From: Candidatus Cryptobacteroides sp.
GTDB taxonomy: Bacteria > Bacteroidota > Bacteroidia > Bacteroidales > UBA932
Assembly: GCA_045118995.1 (NCBI GenBank)
Contig: JBGVCR010000003.1
Coordinates: 48,290-112,289, forward strand
DNA: 64,000 nucleotides
Reading direction: 5' to 3'
The notes below the pieces were generated by a model, which did not search any database, was not told the origin of the DNA, and saw nothing but the letters and a program-made list of their open reading frames with translations. Positions 28,754-38,429 of this stretch are shown one piece after another (position 1 is the stretch's first letter; the number at the start of each line of letters is the position of its first letter). The position numbers and the translations under genes are program-made.

Positions 28754-28847
28754 CTATCAATGTCATTCTAAGCGCATTTATTGTCACTCAGACCGCAGCG
28801 AAGAATCGACTCAGATATTGTTTTTCAAAAATTATTTTGATAAATTT

Positions 28848-28881
28848 GTGCTTTCGCGTTTCTGCGAAAGCACTTTTTTTT
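28848..28881 (+). terminator. Intrinsic terminator overlapping the gdhA -7 promoter box
   Basis: GTGCTTTCGC-GTTTCT-GCGAAAGCAC followed by 8 T; TAAATTTG at 28841-28848. Confidence 0.7.
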
Positions 28882-28907
28882 CTAACCAATTAATCTTGTT
28901 AGTAGTT

Positions 28908-30263
28908 ATGGACGAGTTCACTAAAAACTATGTGGACGGATTTATGGCCGATCTGATTGCCAGGAATCCGGGAGAAAAAGAGTTTCACCAGGCAGTAAAG
29001 GAAGTCCTTGAAAGTGTTGCTCCATATATTGTCGAGCATCCGTATCTGATGGACCAGAAGATACTTGAAAGAATTGTCGAACCGGAAAGAATCATCATTT
29101 TCCGTGTCCCATGGCTGGATGACGAGGGTGAGGTACGCGTGAACAGAGGCTACCGAGTTCAGTGCAACAGCGCTATCGGACCTTACAAGGGCGGTATCCG
29201 CTTCCATCCGAGCGTGAACCTCAGCATCATGAAGTTCCTTGCGTTCGAACAGACATTCAAGAACAGCCTCACAACACTCCCTATGGGAGCCGGAAAGGGT
29301 GGTTCTGATTTCGATCCTAAGGGTAAATCGGACAATGAAGTAATGCGTTTCTGCCAGAGCTTCATGACTGAACTTCAGAAACATATCGGAGCTGATACAG
29401 ACGTTCCAGCAGGTGACATCGGAGTCGGAGGACGCGAAATCGGATATATGTTCGGTCAATACAAGAGACTGCGCGATGAATTTACCGGCGTGCTCACAGG
29501 CAAAGGACAGATGTGGGGAGGTAGCCCGCTCAGACCAGAGGCGACAGGCTACGGTACATGCTACTTTGCAAGCGCAATGCTTGCTACCCGCGGTGACAGC
29601 TACGAAGGAAAGACTGTAGCAATCTCAGGATCAGGAAACGTAGCCCAGTTTGCGGCACAGAAGGCCCTCCAGCTCGGAGCAAAGGTACTTACAATGTCAG
29701 ATTCAAACGGTTATATCTATGATCCTGACGGAATCGACGTTGAGAAGCTCGCATACATCATGGAGCTGAAGAATGTATACAGAGGCCGTATCAGAGAATA
29801 TGTGGAGAAATATCCGACAGCACAGTACCATGCAGGAGAGCGTCCTTGGAGCGTGAAATGCGATATCGCCATGCCTTGCGCCACTCAGAACGAGCTTAAC
29901 GGCGAGCAGGCAAAGACCCTTGTAGCCAACGGCTGCATTTGCGTTGCAGAAGGAGCAAACATGCCTTGTACCCCTGAGGCTATCGAGGTATTCCAGGCAG
30001 CAAAACTTCTCTATTCTCCAGGCAAGGCATCCAATGCCGGAGGAGTTGCCACATCAGGACTTGAGATGACACAGAACTCAATGAGACTCAGATGGACCCG
30101 CGAAGAAGTGGATCAGCACCTGAAGCAGATCATGACCGACATACATGAGGCCTGCGTAAAATACGGTACTGAGGAAGACGGTTATGTGAACTATGTAAAG
30201 GGAGCAAATATAGCCGGATTCATAAAAGTGGCTGAGGCAATGATGGCTCACGGTCTTGTATAG
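28908..30263 (+). CDS. gdhA: NADP-type glutamate dehydrogenase
   Basis: GPYKGGIRFHP, GKGGSDFDPK, DVPAGDIG, RPEATGYG, SGSGNVA and KASNAGGV; ATG at 28908. Confidence 0.97.
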   Translation: MDEFTKNYVDGFMADLIARNPGEKEFHQAVKEVLESVAPYIVEHPYLMDQKILERIVEPERIIIFRVPWLDDEGEVRVNRGYRVQCNSAIGPYKGGIRFHPSVNLSIMKFLAFEQTFKNSLTTLPMGAGKGGSDFDPKGKSDNEVMRFCQSFMTELQKHIGADTDVPAGDIGVGGREIGYMFGQYKRLRDEFTGVLTGKGQMWGGSPLRPEATGYGTCYFASAMLATRGDSYEGKTVAISGSGNVAQFAAQKALQLGAKVLTMSDSNGYIYDPDGIDVEKLAYIMELKNVYRGRIREYVEKYPTAQYHAGERPWSVKCDIAMPCATQNELNGEQAKTLVANGCICVAEGANMPCTPEAIEVFQAAKLLYSPGKASNAGGVATSGLEMTQNSMRLRWTREEVDQHLKQIMTDIHEACVKYGTEEDGYVNYVKGANIAGFIKVAEAMMAHGLV

Positions 30264-30284
30264 CACATAAAAAAATCGTAAATT

Positions 30285-30327
30285 AGCAGACTGTTTTACC
30301 CACTGACTGGTAATCAGTCTGCTTTTT
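30285..30327 (+). terminator. Intrinsic terminator after gdhA
   Basis: AGCAGACTG / CAGTCTGCT stem followed by a T-run. Confidence 0.7.
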
Positions 30328-30353
30328 ATTTGACCATCAGACTTTTAAAGAAT

Positions 30354-30965
30354 ATGCATATAGGAATAGCCGGAAATATCGGATGTGGAAAGACCACGCT
30401 CACAAGGATGCTTGCCCAGCACTATGGATGGACTCCGAAATATGAGGCCGTAACATACAACCCTTATCTGGAAGATTATTACAAGGACATCCAGAGATGG
30501 TCATACAACCTTGAGACCTATTTCCTTGCACAGAGATTCCAGGATCTTGTGGAAATTTCAAAGTCAGAAGAGGTAATCATCCAGGACAGGACCATAATGG
30601 AAGGTGTGCACATCTTCGTTGCCAACAACAAGGCAATGGGAAATCTGTCAGACCGCGATTTCGACACCTACATGCAGCTTTTCAATCTTATGATGTCGAT
30701 GGTAAGTGAGCCTGATCTTCTTATATACCTCAAGTCATCCGTACCAACACTCGTTTCACAGATCCAGAAACGTGGACGTGACTATGAAAAGAGCATCAGC
30801 ATCGAATATCTGAGCAATCTTAACGAAAGATATGACCAGTGGATTGCAGATTATAAGGGTAAAGTCCTTATAATAGAGGCTGATGAACTCGATTTCGAGC
30901 ACAGACCGGAAGACTTCGCGCACATCACTGACAAGATCGACGCTCAGCTTTACGGACTTTTCTAA
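30354..30965 (+). CDS. Deoxynucleoside kinase
   Basis: IAGNIGCGKTT P-loop, QDRT, RGRDYE; ATG at 30354. Confidence 0.93.
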   Translation: MHIGIAGNIGCGKTTLTRMLAQHYGWTPKYEAVTYNPYLEDYYKDIQRWSYNLETYFLAQRFQDLVEISKSEEVIIQDRTIMEGVHIFVANNKAMGNLSDRDFDTYMQLFNLMMSMVSEPDLLIYLKSSVPTLVSQIQKRGRDYEKSISIEYLSNLNERYDQWIADYKGKVLIIEADELDFEHRPEDFAHITDKIDAQLYGLF

Positions 30966-30986
30966 AAAGGATCCTTAAGATTCAGA

Positions 30987-32483
30987 TCAGAATCCAGGAA
31001 GATCGAGAAAGAGCGTAGGAAGAAGAAGGATGAAGCCCAGAAGGATCAATGCCAGAATAAATTTCCACGCCCATCTGAACCACTTCTCATACGGAATCTT
31101 CGCCACTGACAGTACAGCCATAAGCACTCCCGAACAAGGCGTTATCATATTGGTAAAACCGTCACCGAACTGGAAAGCAAGCACAGTAGCCTGACGTGAA
31201 ACGCCTATCAGATCGGAAAACGGTGCCATAATAGGCATTGTCACCGCAGCCTTGGCCGAAGCGGAAGGAATGAAGACATTGATGAAAGTCTGGATACCGT
31301 ACATTGTCCCCAAGGCTCCCGCGCGACCTGTCCCGTCAAGAGCAGAGGCCATCGCATTCAGCATCGTATCAATGACCTGACCTTCCTTCAATATCACAAT
31401 GATACCTGCAGCAAAGCCGATTATAAGTGCTGCTGAGAAAATATCCTTAGCTCCGGCAATGAATTCCTTGGCAATATCATCCGCACTATAGCCTGCAGCA
31501 AAGCCGGAAGCCACAGCAAGGGCAAGGAAAAGTGCACATATTTCCTGAAGGTACCATCCATATCCCATAACCCCCACTACCATAAACAATATGCAGAACA
31601 TCAGCATATTGAGAATGAACATCCTTGAAGATTTGAGCAGAGCGGGAATTGAAACCACTGCGAAAAGACCGGTCAACACCCATAAGAGCGAAGGTGTATC
31701 GAACTTTGACTGTCCCAATGTAATGACGCATTCCGACGCATAAAAAACTGAGAACAGCACAAGGACGGCAGTGAGGATTCCGAAGCATATCCAAGCAGAG
31801 ATACCACTCCCCTTTCCTGTATGAATTTCCTCTGTATGAACATCTTCCGATGAATTTTCAATCGGCTTTCTTATTCTTGAAGCATACCATAGCGTGAATG
31901 CGATAGCCACAGTCATCAGAATGATCCAGCATACGATCCTGTATTCGATGCCGGAGAAAAGCGGCAGATCTGACATATCCTGGGCAATACCGATAGTAAA
32001 TGGATTAAGCATGGCACCTGCGAAACCCACGTGTGCAGCCACATAGACCATACATACTCCTGTAAATTCGTCATAGCCCAAACGTTTTGCCAATGGAATG
32101 GCTACAGCCACAAAGGCAATGGTTTCTTCACTCATCCCGAAAACAGCACCGAAAAGGCCGAAGAGAAGCATAATCAAGGTAATTACGATGTTACCCACCC
32201 CAAGCTTCCTTATCAGGCTGAAACGCTCAAGTCCCTGTACCTTGGAAATAAACTTCATAATGCCTTCATCCACAGCTTTGGTACTGTTCACTACCCAGAA
32301 TGCGCCACCGATGACAAGCACGAAGGCTATGATACCGGCCTGCTGGCTGAATCCTTCATATAGAGCGGAAAAAACCTGCCAGGTCTGAGGGTTGCCTCCG
32401 GGAACAAACCAGGTAGAAACTGCACATACAAGCAGTACAGTAAAAATGATGACATATGTATTCGGAACGCGTAATCTGCCCAT
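30987..32483 (-). CDS. YfcC-family transporter (ArcD/DcuC-like)
   Basis: VPNTY, FGMSEETIAF, NPFTIGIAQ and LAFQFGDGFTN motifs; start at 32483. Confidence 0.85.
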   Translation of the reverse strand: MGRLRVPNTYVIIFTVLLVCAVSTWFVPGGNPQTWQVFSALYEGFSQQAGIIAFVLVIGGAFWVVNSTKAVDEGIMKFISKVQGLERFSLIRKLGVGNIVITLIMLLFGLFGAVFGMSEETIAFVAVAIPLAKRLGYDEFTGVCMVYVAAHVGFAGAMLNPFTIGIAQDMSDLPLFSGIEYRIVCWIILMTVAIAFTLWYASRIRKPIENSSEDVHTEEIHTGKGSGISAWICFGILTAVLVLFSVFYASECVITLGQSKFDTPSLLWVLTGLFAVVSIPALLKSSRMFILNMLMFCILFMVVGVMGYGWYLQEICALFLALAVASGFAAGYSADDIAKEFIAGAKDIFSAALIIGFAAGIIVILKEGQVIDTMLNAMASALDGTGRAGALGTMYGIQTFINVFIPSASAKAAVTMPIMAPFSDLIGVSRQATVLAFQFGDGFTNMITPCSGVLMAVLSVAKIPYEKWFRWAWKFILALILLGFILLLPTLFLDLPGF

Positions 32484-32500
32484 GATCTCGTAGCTGCTTC

Positions 32501-33883
32501 TTATCCGTGAATGGCTGACTGAAGGACTTCGGTCAATGTAGGATGTGTATGAATGACATCCTGAAATTCCGACAATGTAGCTTTCCTGCTGATCATTGCA
32601 CAAGCCTCCTGGATTATGTCGCTTGAGTGAGGGCCGTAGAGATGACAGCCCAGGATCTGTCCCTCAGGGAAGAGCTGCATATCACCTTCTTTTGCCTGCG
32701 AAGCCACAACGACCTTGCAGAATCCGTCTGTCTCTCCCATTGTCACAGCCTTGCCATTTGCACGGAAGAATGATTTCAGGCATTTTACGGCAATTCCCTT
32801 TTCTTTGCACTCGTCCTCAGTCATTCCGACACTTGCGGCTTCAGGAGAAGTGAATACGGCAGCCGGCATCACATTAAGATCTATCTCATTCTGAATTCCC
32901 ATGATATGGTCAAGGGCAACTATACCCTGGAAAGTAGCCGCATGCGCAAGCATCATCAGTCCGTTTATATCTCCGATAGCGTAGATATGAGGGATATTGG
33001 TCTGCATGAAGTCATTTACTTTCACTCCCCTTGCGTGAGTTTCTATTCCTACTTCGGTAAAATTCAAAGAGTTCAGAGCAGCACGTCTGCCTACCGCCAT
33101 AAGTACTTTGTCGGCGACGACCTTTTCCTCTTTTCCCTTGCGCGAGAAAGTGACTTCGTACTCATTGCCATTGAGAGCAATTGAGAGAACCTGTGACTGT
33201 GTGCTGATTTCAATTCCTCGTTTGCCCAGGCTCTGTTTCAGACGTTTTGCCAGATCTGAATCAAAACGAGGAAGAATATCCTTGCAATACTCTATGACAT
33301 TCACCTCACTGCCGAAACTGCGGAAGATAGATGCGAATTCAAGTCCTATGACTCCTCCTCCGATGACACACAGACGCTGAGGAATATGGTCAATATCAAG
33401 GATTTCTCTGGATGTAAGAATTCCCGGAAGATCTGCGCCCGGAACAGGAAGGGATGCTGAAACCGATCCGGTAGCTATGATGATATAGTCAGCTGTAAAA
33501 TCCTCGGAACCCGAGTCTGATACCACTGTGACCGTATGCTGATCCTTGAAGAAAGCACGGCCTCGGACAAGATTTATCAGCTTATGCGAAAGAAGACTTT
33601 CCACGCCTGACCTGAGCTGCTCTACGACAGTATTCTTACGCTCGATAACCGATTGGAAATCAAGGGTAAAATCGATCTTACCGACTCCATAAGCTTCAGA
33701 TTCGTGAAGCTGGTCGATATACTCTGCATTCTTGCAGAAAGCCTTTGTAGGAATACATCCTTCATTAAGACAGGTTCCGCCGACAGGTCCAGACTCAATG
33801 ATGACAGTCTCGACTCCCCTTTTTGCAGCCAGAAGTGCAGTCTCATATCCGCCCGGTCCGGCACCGATTATTATGATCTTCAT
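32501..33883 (-). CDS. lpdA: Dihydrolipoamide dehydrogenase
   Basis: GAGPGGY, GGTCLNEGCIP redox disulfide, GGGVIGLE, HPTLTE. Confidence 0.9.
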   Translation of the reverse strand: MKIIIIGAGPGGYETALLAAKRGVETVIIESGPVGGTCLNEGCIPTKAFCKNAEYIDQLHESEAYGVGKIDFTLDFQSVIERKNTVVEQLRSGVESLLSHKLINLVRGRAFFKDQHTVTVVSDSGSEDFTADYIIIATGSVSASLPVPGADLPGILTSREILDIDHIPQRLCVIGGGVIGLEFASIFRSFGSEVNVIEYCKDILPRFDSDLAKRLKQSLGKRGIEISTQSQVLSIALNGNEYEVTFSRKGKEEKVVADKVLMAVGRRAALNSLNFTEVGIETHARGVKVNDFMQTNIPHIYAIGDINGLMMLAHAATFQGIVALDHIMGIQNEIDLNVMPAAVFTSPEAASVGMTEDECKEKGIAVKCLKSFFRANGKAVTMGETDGFCKVVVASQAKEGDMQLFPEGQILGCHLYGPHSSDIIQEACAMISRKATLSEFQDVIHTHPTLTEVLQSAIHG

Positions 33884-33911
33884 ATGTGGTTTGTTTATCT
33901 GTCAATAGTAG

Positions 33912-36047
33912 TTACTTCATCAGACGAAGACCGATGCGTCCGCGATCCAGTTCGATGGAAACAACCGTCACCTTGACTTTCTGATGCAGCTTCAGGATCT
34001 TAGACGGGTCAGCCATACCTTTTACTCCCATCTGGGAAGCGTGTATAAGCCCGTTCTGCTTGATTCCGATATCCACAAACGCTCCGAAAGCTGTAATATT
34101 GGTGACAATGCCGGGAAGTTCCATTCCTGTATGGAGATCTTCGATGGTATGGATATCGTGAGCGAACTCGAATTCCTGAGCTGATTCGCGTGGGTCGCGG
34201 CCAGGTTTGCGAAGCTCGGAAATAATATCATTGATGGTAGGAAGTCCAAAAGAGGCATCCACATAGCGGGAAGGATCAATATTGGAGCAGAGCTGAGGAT
34301 TACCTACAAGGTCACGGGCAGTCACTCCCAAGTCTGCTGCCATTCTGTCCACTATATGATAAGCCTCGGGATGAACGGCTGAGTTGTCAAGAGGATTATC
34401 CGCACCTTGGATACGGAGGAATCCCGCACACTGCTCAAATGCCTTATCACCAAGTCTCTTGACTTTCAGAAGTTCCTTACGGGACTTGTATGCTCCATGC
34501 TCGCAACGGTACTCCACGATATTGTCGGCAAGAGCAGGTCCGATTCCCGACACATAGCTCAGGAGATAGCTGCTGGCAGTATTGAGATTGACACCCACAT
34601 TGTTTACGCAGCTTTCAACTGTATTATCAAGAGTCTCCTTCAAGAGATTCTGATCCACGTCGTGCTGATATTGGCCTACCCCCAAAGATTTAGGATCTAT
34701 CTTTACAAGCTCTGCCAGAGGATCCATCAGACGACGGCCGATCGAAACGGCACCACGGACTGTCACATCATAATCAGGGAATTCCTCACGTGCCACTTCT
34801 GATGCCGAATATATAGATGCACCATCCTCGCTGACCGTAAAGACACGGACTCCCTGGGGCAGCGGAACACGCTTGATGAACTCCTCAGTCTCGCGGCTTG
34901 CAGTTCCATTTCCGATAGCTATCACTTCTATACCGTATTTCGCGACCATAGCAGAGACAGCCTGGATTGCCTTGACCTTTTCATTTGCCGGAGGATGCGG
35001 GAAGATCGCCTCATTATGAAGAAGATTGCCCTCTGCATCAAGGCAGACCACTTTGCATCCGGTTCTGAAACCGGGATCGATCGCCAGGACTCTCTTCTGT
35101 CCTACAGGAGGAGCCAGAAGAAGCTGACGCAGATTCTCGCCGAAAATCCTGATCGACTCTATATCTGCCTTTTCCTTGGCTTCCTTAAGTACTTCATTTG
35201 AAATGGATGGTTCGAGAAGTCTCTTGAATGCATCATCAAATGCAAGATGCATATGTTCTGCAAGAGGAGCTGCCGGATAACGTCTTTCCTGACAGAAATC
35301 ATAATACAGCTTCTTTCCACACTTCTCAGCATCAGCATCTATCTTCACACTTATAAACCCTTCATTTTCAGCACGTAAAATAGCAAGAAGACGATGTGGC
35401 GCGATTCTTTCCAAAGACTCCGAGCTTTCGAAATATGAGCGATATTTCATAGCCTCCGGACCTGTCGCCTTCTTCGTAGCCTTTGTCACAATGCGACGTG
35501 TCTTGAAGATCTGACGAAGAGTCTCACGAACCGAAGCAGTCTCGCTGAGACGTTCTGCAATGATATCACGAGCTCCAGCCAAGGCATCCTCCACGGAAGC
35601 TACCTTGTCACCTACATATTTGCGGGCCTCAGGAACAGGGTCAGTCAATGCGACATTATACATCTTGTCTGCAAGCGGCTCCAGTCCGGCTTCTTTTGCC
35701 GCGGTAGCACGGGTACGGCGCTTTGGTCTGAATGGAAGATAAAGATCCTCTATTTCACGTGACTCCACACTGTTCTCTATTCTGGAACGAAGCTCCGCTG
35801 TCAATCCGCCCGCCTGTTCGATTGTTTCAAGGATAGTGGCCTTACGTTTCTCCATCTCTGCGAACACATCCGTCCAATGGCGTATCTCCGCCACAGCCAC
35901 TTCGTCAAGTCCTCCGGTTCTTTCCTTACGATAACGGCTCACGAAAGGAATTGTAGCTCCCTCCTCGAAAAGTTTGGCACAGTTCTCTACCTGCCACTCC
36001 TTTATCTGCAGAGTCTTGGCAATATGATTGATATATATATTCTTCAT
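33912..36047 (-). CDS. tex: Tex-family RNA-binding transcription accessory protein
   Basis: TIPFVSRYRKERTG, DPGFRTGCK, GNGTASRET, C-terminal S1 domain. Confidence 0.95.
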   Translation of the reverse strand: MKNIYINHIAKTLQIKEWQVENCAKLFEEGATIPFVSRYRKERTGGLDEVAVAEIRHWTDVFAEMEKRKATILETIEQAGGLTAELRSRIENSVESREIEDLYLPFRPKRRTRATAAKEAGLEPLADKMYNVALTDPVPEARKYVGDKVASVEDALAGARDIIAERLSETASVRETLRQIFKTRRIVTKATKKATGPEAMKYRSYFESSESLERIAPHRLLAILRAENEGFISVKIDADAEKCGKKLYYDFCQERRYPAAPLAEHMHLAFDDAFKRLLEPSISNEVLKEAKEKADIESIRIFGENLRQLLLAPPVGQKRVLAIDPGFRTGCKVVCLDAEGNLLHNEAIFPHPPANEKVKAIQAVSAMVAKYGIEVIAIGNGTASRETEEFIKRVPLPQGVRVFTVSEDGASIYSASEVAREEFPDYDVTVRGAVSIGRRLMDPLAELVKIDPKSLGVGQYQHDVDQNLLKETLDNTVESCVNNVGVNLNTASSYLLSYVSGIGPALADNIVEYRCEHGAYKSRKELLKVKRLGDKAFEQCAGFLRIQGADNPLDNSAVHPEAYHIVDRMAADLGVTARDLVGNPQLCSNIDPSRYVDASFGLPTINDIISELRKPGRDPRESAQEFEFAHDIHTIEDLHTGMELPGIVTNITAFGAFVDIGIKQNGLIHASQMGVKGMADPSKILKLHQKVKVTVVSIELDRGRIGLRLMK

Positions 36048-36055
36048 CTGGATTA

Positions 36056-37840
36056 TTAATCGTGTGATACCTGTTTCAACTGATCTCTGTAAGCCGAGAA
36101 AATCTTCGACTTGGATACAAAGCCCACATATGTCCTGTCAGCCTCCACAACAGGAAGATTCCATGCCTCCGTCTGCTCGAATTTCCTCATCACGCTATCC
36201 ATCTTTTCATCGATATAGACATAGGCCGGAGCTGACTTCATATAATTATATACATGTGTAGTCTCATATTGCTGGGTCTTGAACATCTCCCTTCGGATAT
36301 CCTCAAGAGAGACGAATCCCTGGAAATGATTTCGCGAATCCACTACAGGGAAAATATTTCTCTTGGACTCAGCCACCACGGCCACAAGCTCACCTAAGGT
36401 AGCATCGATCCGGACGGTCTTGAAATCCGACTCGATCAGGTCTCCGGTCTTCAGAAGCGTGAGTACAGCCTGGTCACTGTCATGTGTCAGAAGTTCTCCC
36501 TTCTTTGCAATTCGCTTTGTATAAATAGAATACGGTTCTATCATCCTTGTCGCCGCATATGAAATCGTAGATGTCAGAATCAGAGGGATAAGAAGTCCGT
36601 ATCCACCTGTCATATCTGCGATGAGGAAGATGGCGGTCATAGGGGCCTGCATCACACCTGACATCAGGCCGGCCATACCAACAAGCACAAAATTCTGCTC
36701 GGGCACGAATCCCGGTCCGGCAATGAGATTGATGGTTCTGGACAATACAAATCCCGCAATCGCTCCAATGAACAGAGTCGGTCCGAATGTACCTCCGACG
36801 CCTCCACCGGCATTGGTGAAAGACATTGAAAAGACCTTCAGAAGAAGTACCAGCATGAAAAATAGCGGAACAAGCCAGGCCTTTCGCAAGAAGAAGGCCA
36901 ATATGGTCTGACCTTCCAGGTCGATAGTTCCACCGTTCAGAAGTTCGTGCAGATGTTCATAACCTTCTCCGAAAAGTGGCGGGAAAAGGAAGATAAGAAG
37001 ACCAAGACAAGAAGCGGAAATAGCCCAGCGGACAAAAGGTTTCTGAATGCTTTTTATCTTATCCTCCAGCCAGAGTGTCATACGTGTGAAATAGACGGAA
37101 CAAGCCGCGCTGAAAAGACCCAAGAGTATATAAAACGGGAGATTATGCAGCTCGAAAGGAGAAATAGTACATTCGAAAGGAGGCTTGTCACCAAGGAAAA
37201 TATAGGAAATCACTGTCGCCGAAATTGTGGAAAGGAGCAATGGCAATATCGACGTCATCGAGATATTGAAAAGAAGAATCTCCAATGTGAACAATACACC
37301 GGCGAGCGGAGCCTTGAAGATTCCCGCTACCGCTCCGGCAGCTCCACAACCAAGAAGGATAGTCATATTCTTATAGGACAATCCCATGTAACGGGCGACA
37401 TTCGATCCGATAGCAGCTCCGGTATATACTATAGGGGCCTCGGCACCCACTGATCCTCCGAATCCGATTGTGACTGAGGAAGCGGCCATCGAAGTCCACA
37501 TATTGTGAGAGCGTATCTTCGATTCATTCTTTGAAACCGCCTGAAGCACCTTGGTTACGCCGTGTCCAATATTGTCCTTCACGATATATCTGACAAAAAG
37601 CATGGCGATCAGCATACCTATGCCCGGATATACAAGATAGAGAAAGTTATATGCCTCCCCTTCAAACCAGCCTGTCAAGGAATGATGTATGAATTCTATA
37701 GCTGACTTCAGCAATACAGCAGCAAGACCGCAGCATATACCCACAAAAAGAGAAAGGATGATCATGACATCTCTTTCCGGCAGCTTCTTCAGCAATTTAC
37801 GAAGAGGAGCAAGTATATCTCTGATAAATACGGCCTTCAT
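36056..37840 (-). CDS. ClC-family chloride channel/antiporter with CBS pair
   Basis: GGSVGAEAP, IFKAPLAG, GGTFGP and SIY motifs; C-terminal CBS domains. Confidence 0.92.
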   Translation of the reverse strand: MKAVFIRDILAPLRKLLKKLPERDVMIILSLFVGICCGLAAVLLKSAIEFIHHSLTGWFEGEAYNFLYLVYPGIGMLIAMLFVRYIVKDNIGHGVTKVLQAVSKNESKIRSHNMWTSMAASSVTIGFGGSVGAEAPIVYTGAAIGSNVARYMGLSYKNMTILLGCGAAGAVAGIFKAPLAGVLFTLEILLFNISMTSILPLLLSTISATVISYIFLGDKPPFECTISPFELHNLPFYILLGLFSAACSVYFTRMTLWLEDKIKSIQKPFVRWAISASCLGLLIFLFPPLFGEGYEHLHELLNGGTIDLEGQTILAFFLRKAWLVPLFFMLVLLLKVFSMSFTNAGGGVGGTFGPTLFIGAIAGFVLSRTINLIAGPGFVPEQNFVLVGMAGLMSGVMQAPMTAIFLIADMTGGYGLLIPLILTSTISYAATRMIEPYSIYTKRIAKKGELLTHDSDQAVLTLLKTGDLIESDFKTVRIDATLGELVAVVAESKRNIFPVVDSRNHFQGFVSLEDIRREMFKTQQYETTHVYNYMKSAPAYVYIDEKMDSVMRKFEQTEAWNLPVVEADRTYVGFVSKSKIFSAYRDQLKQVSHD

Positions 37841-37934
37841 AGGTTTTAATTCAAATTATACAAAGATAATAAATTTATAGATACCTTGCTTAGTTCAGCG
37901 TGACAATTGAAAGATTCCTCGACAAGCCAGACGC

Positions 37935-37966
37935 AAAAAAGAACCGGCCGGAAAAATCCGACCGGT
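37935..37966 (-). terminator. Intrinsic terminator (minus strand)
   Basis: ACCGGCCGGA / TCCGACCGGT imperfect stem with an A-run on its left. Confidence 0.55.
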
Positions 37967-37979
37967 ATATCTATTATAT

Positions 37980-38327
37980 TTACTCTCCGTCAGCTGCATC
38001 ATCATCGCCATTGGAATACTGCGAGATATTGTCATCCGGAAGGCTGTCGCCGTCATTTCCATCAGAATCATCTCCGTCATCGCCATCAAGCCAACGCTCC
38101 AGATCCTCTGCATCATCTGTCTTGACCTTGATCTTCACAAGATAGATTGCATCAGGAATCTCCACTGTCACTGCATAGAACGGATCTCCCTTTGGTGGAG
38201 TATACTTTACAAGATCAGGGAAATAATCGCTGTATCCCTTTGGATATTTTTCTGCAAATGCGGCTGCCAGTTCTTCTGACATATTCTCAAAGCTACATAC
38301 CGCTCTCCTCTTTGGTGTTGTTGCCAT
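37980..38327 (-). CDS. Conserved Bacteroidota hypothetical protein with an acidic Asp/Gly tail
   Basis: EKYPKGY and YLVK core; tail DGDDGDDSDGNDGD...DDDAADGE. Confidence 0.8.
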   Translation of the reverse strand: MATTPKRRAVCSFENMSEELAAAFAEKYPKGYSDYFPDLVKYTPPKGDPFYAVTVEIPDAIYLVKIKVKTDDAEDLERWLDGDDGDDSDGNDGDSLPDDNISQYSNGDDDAADGE

Positions 38328-38429
38328 ATCTGTAAAATCTTAATTCCAGTTACTTTTGAAATACGGTGCAAGTGTAGGACATTTTTTTCAATTGAGCAAC
38401 ACCACAGGCACTTTTTTATAAAAAATCAT

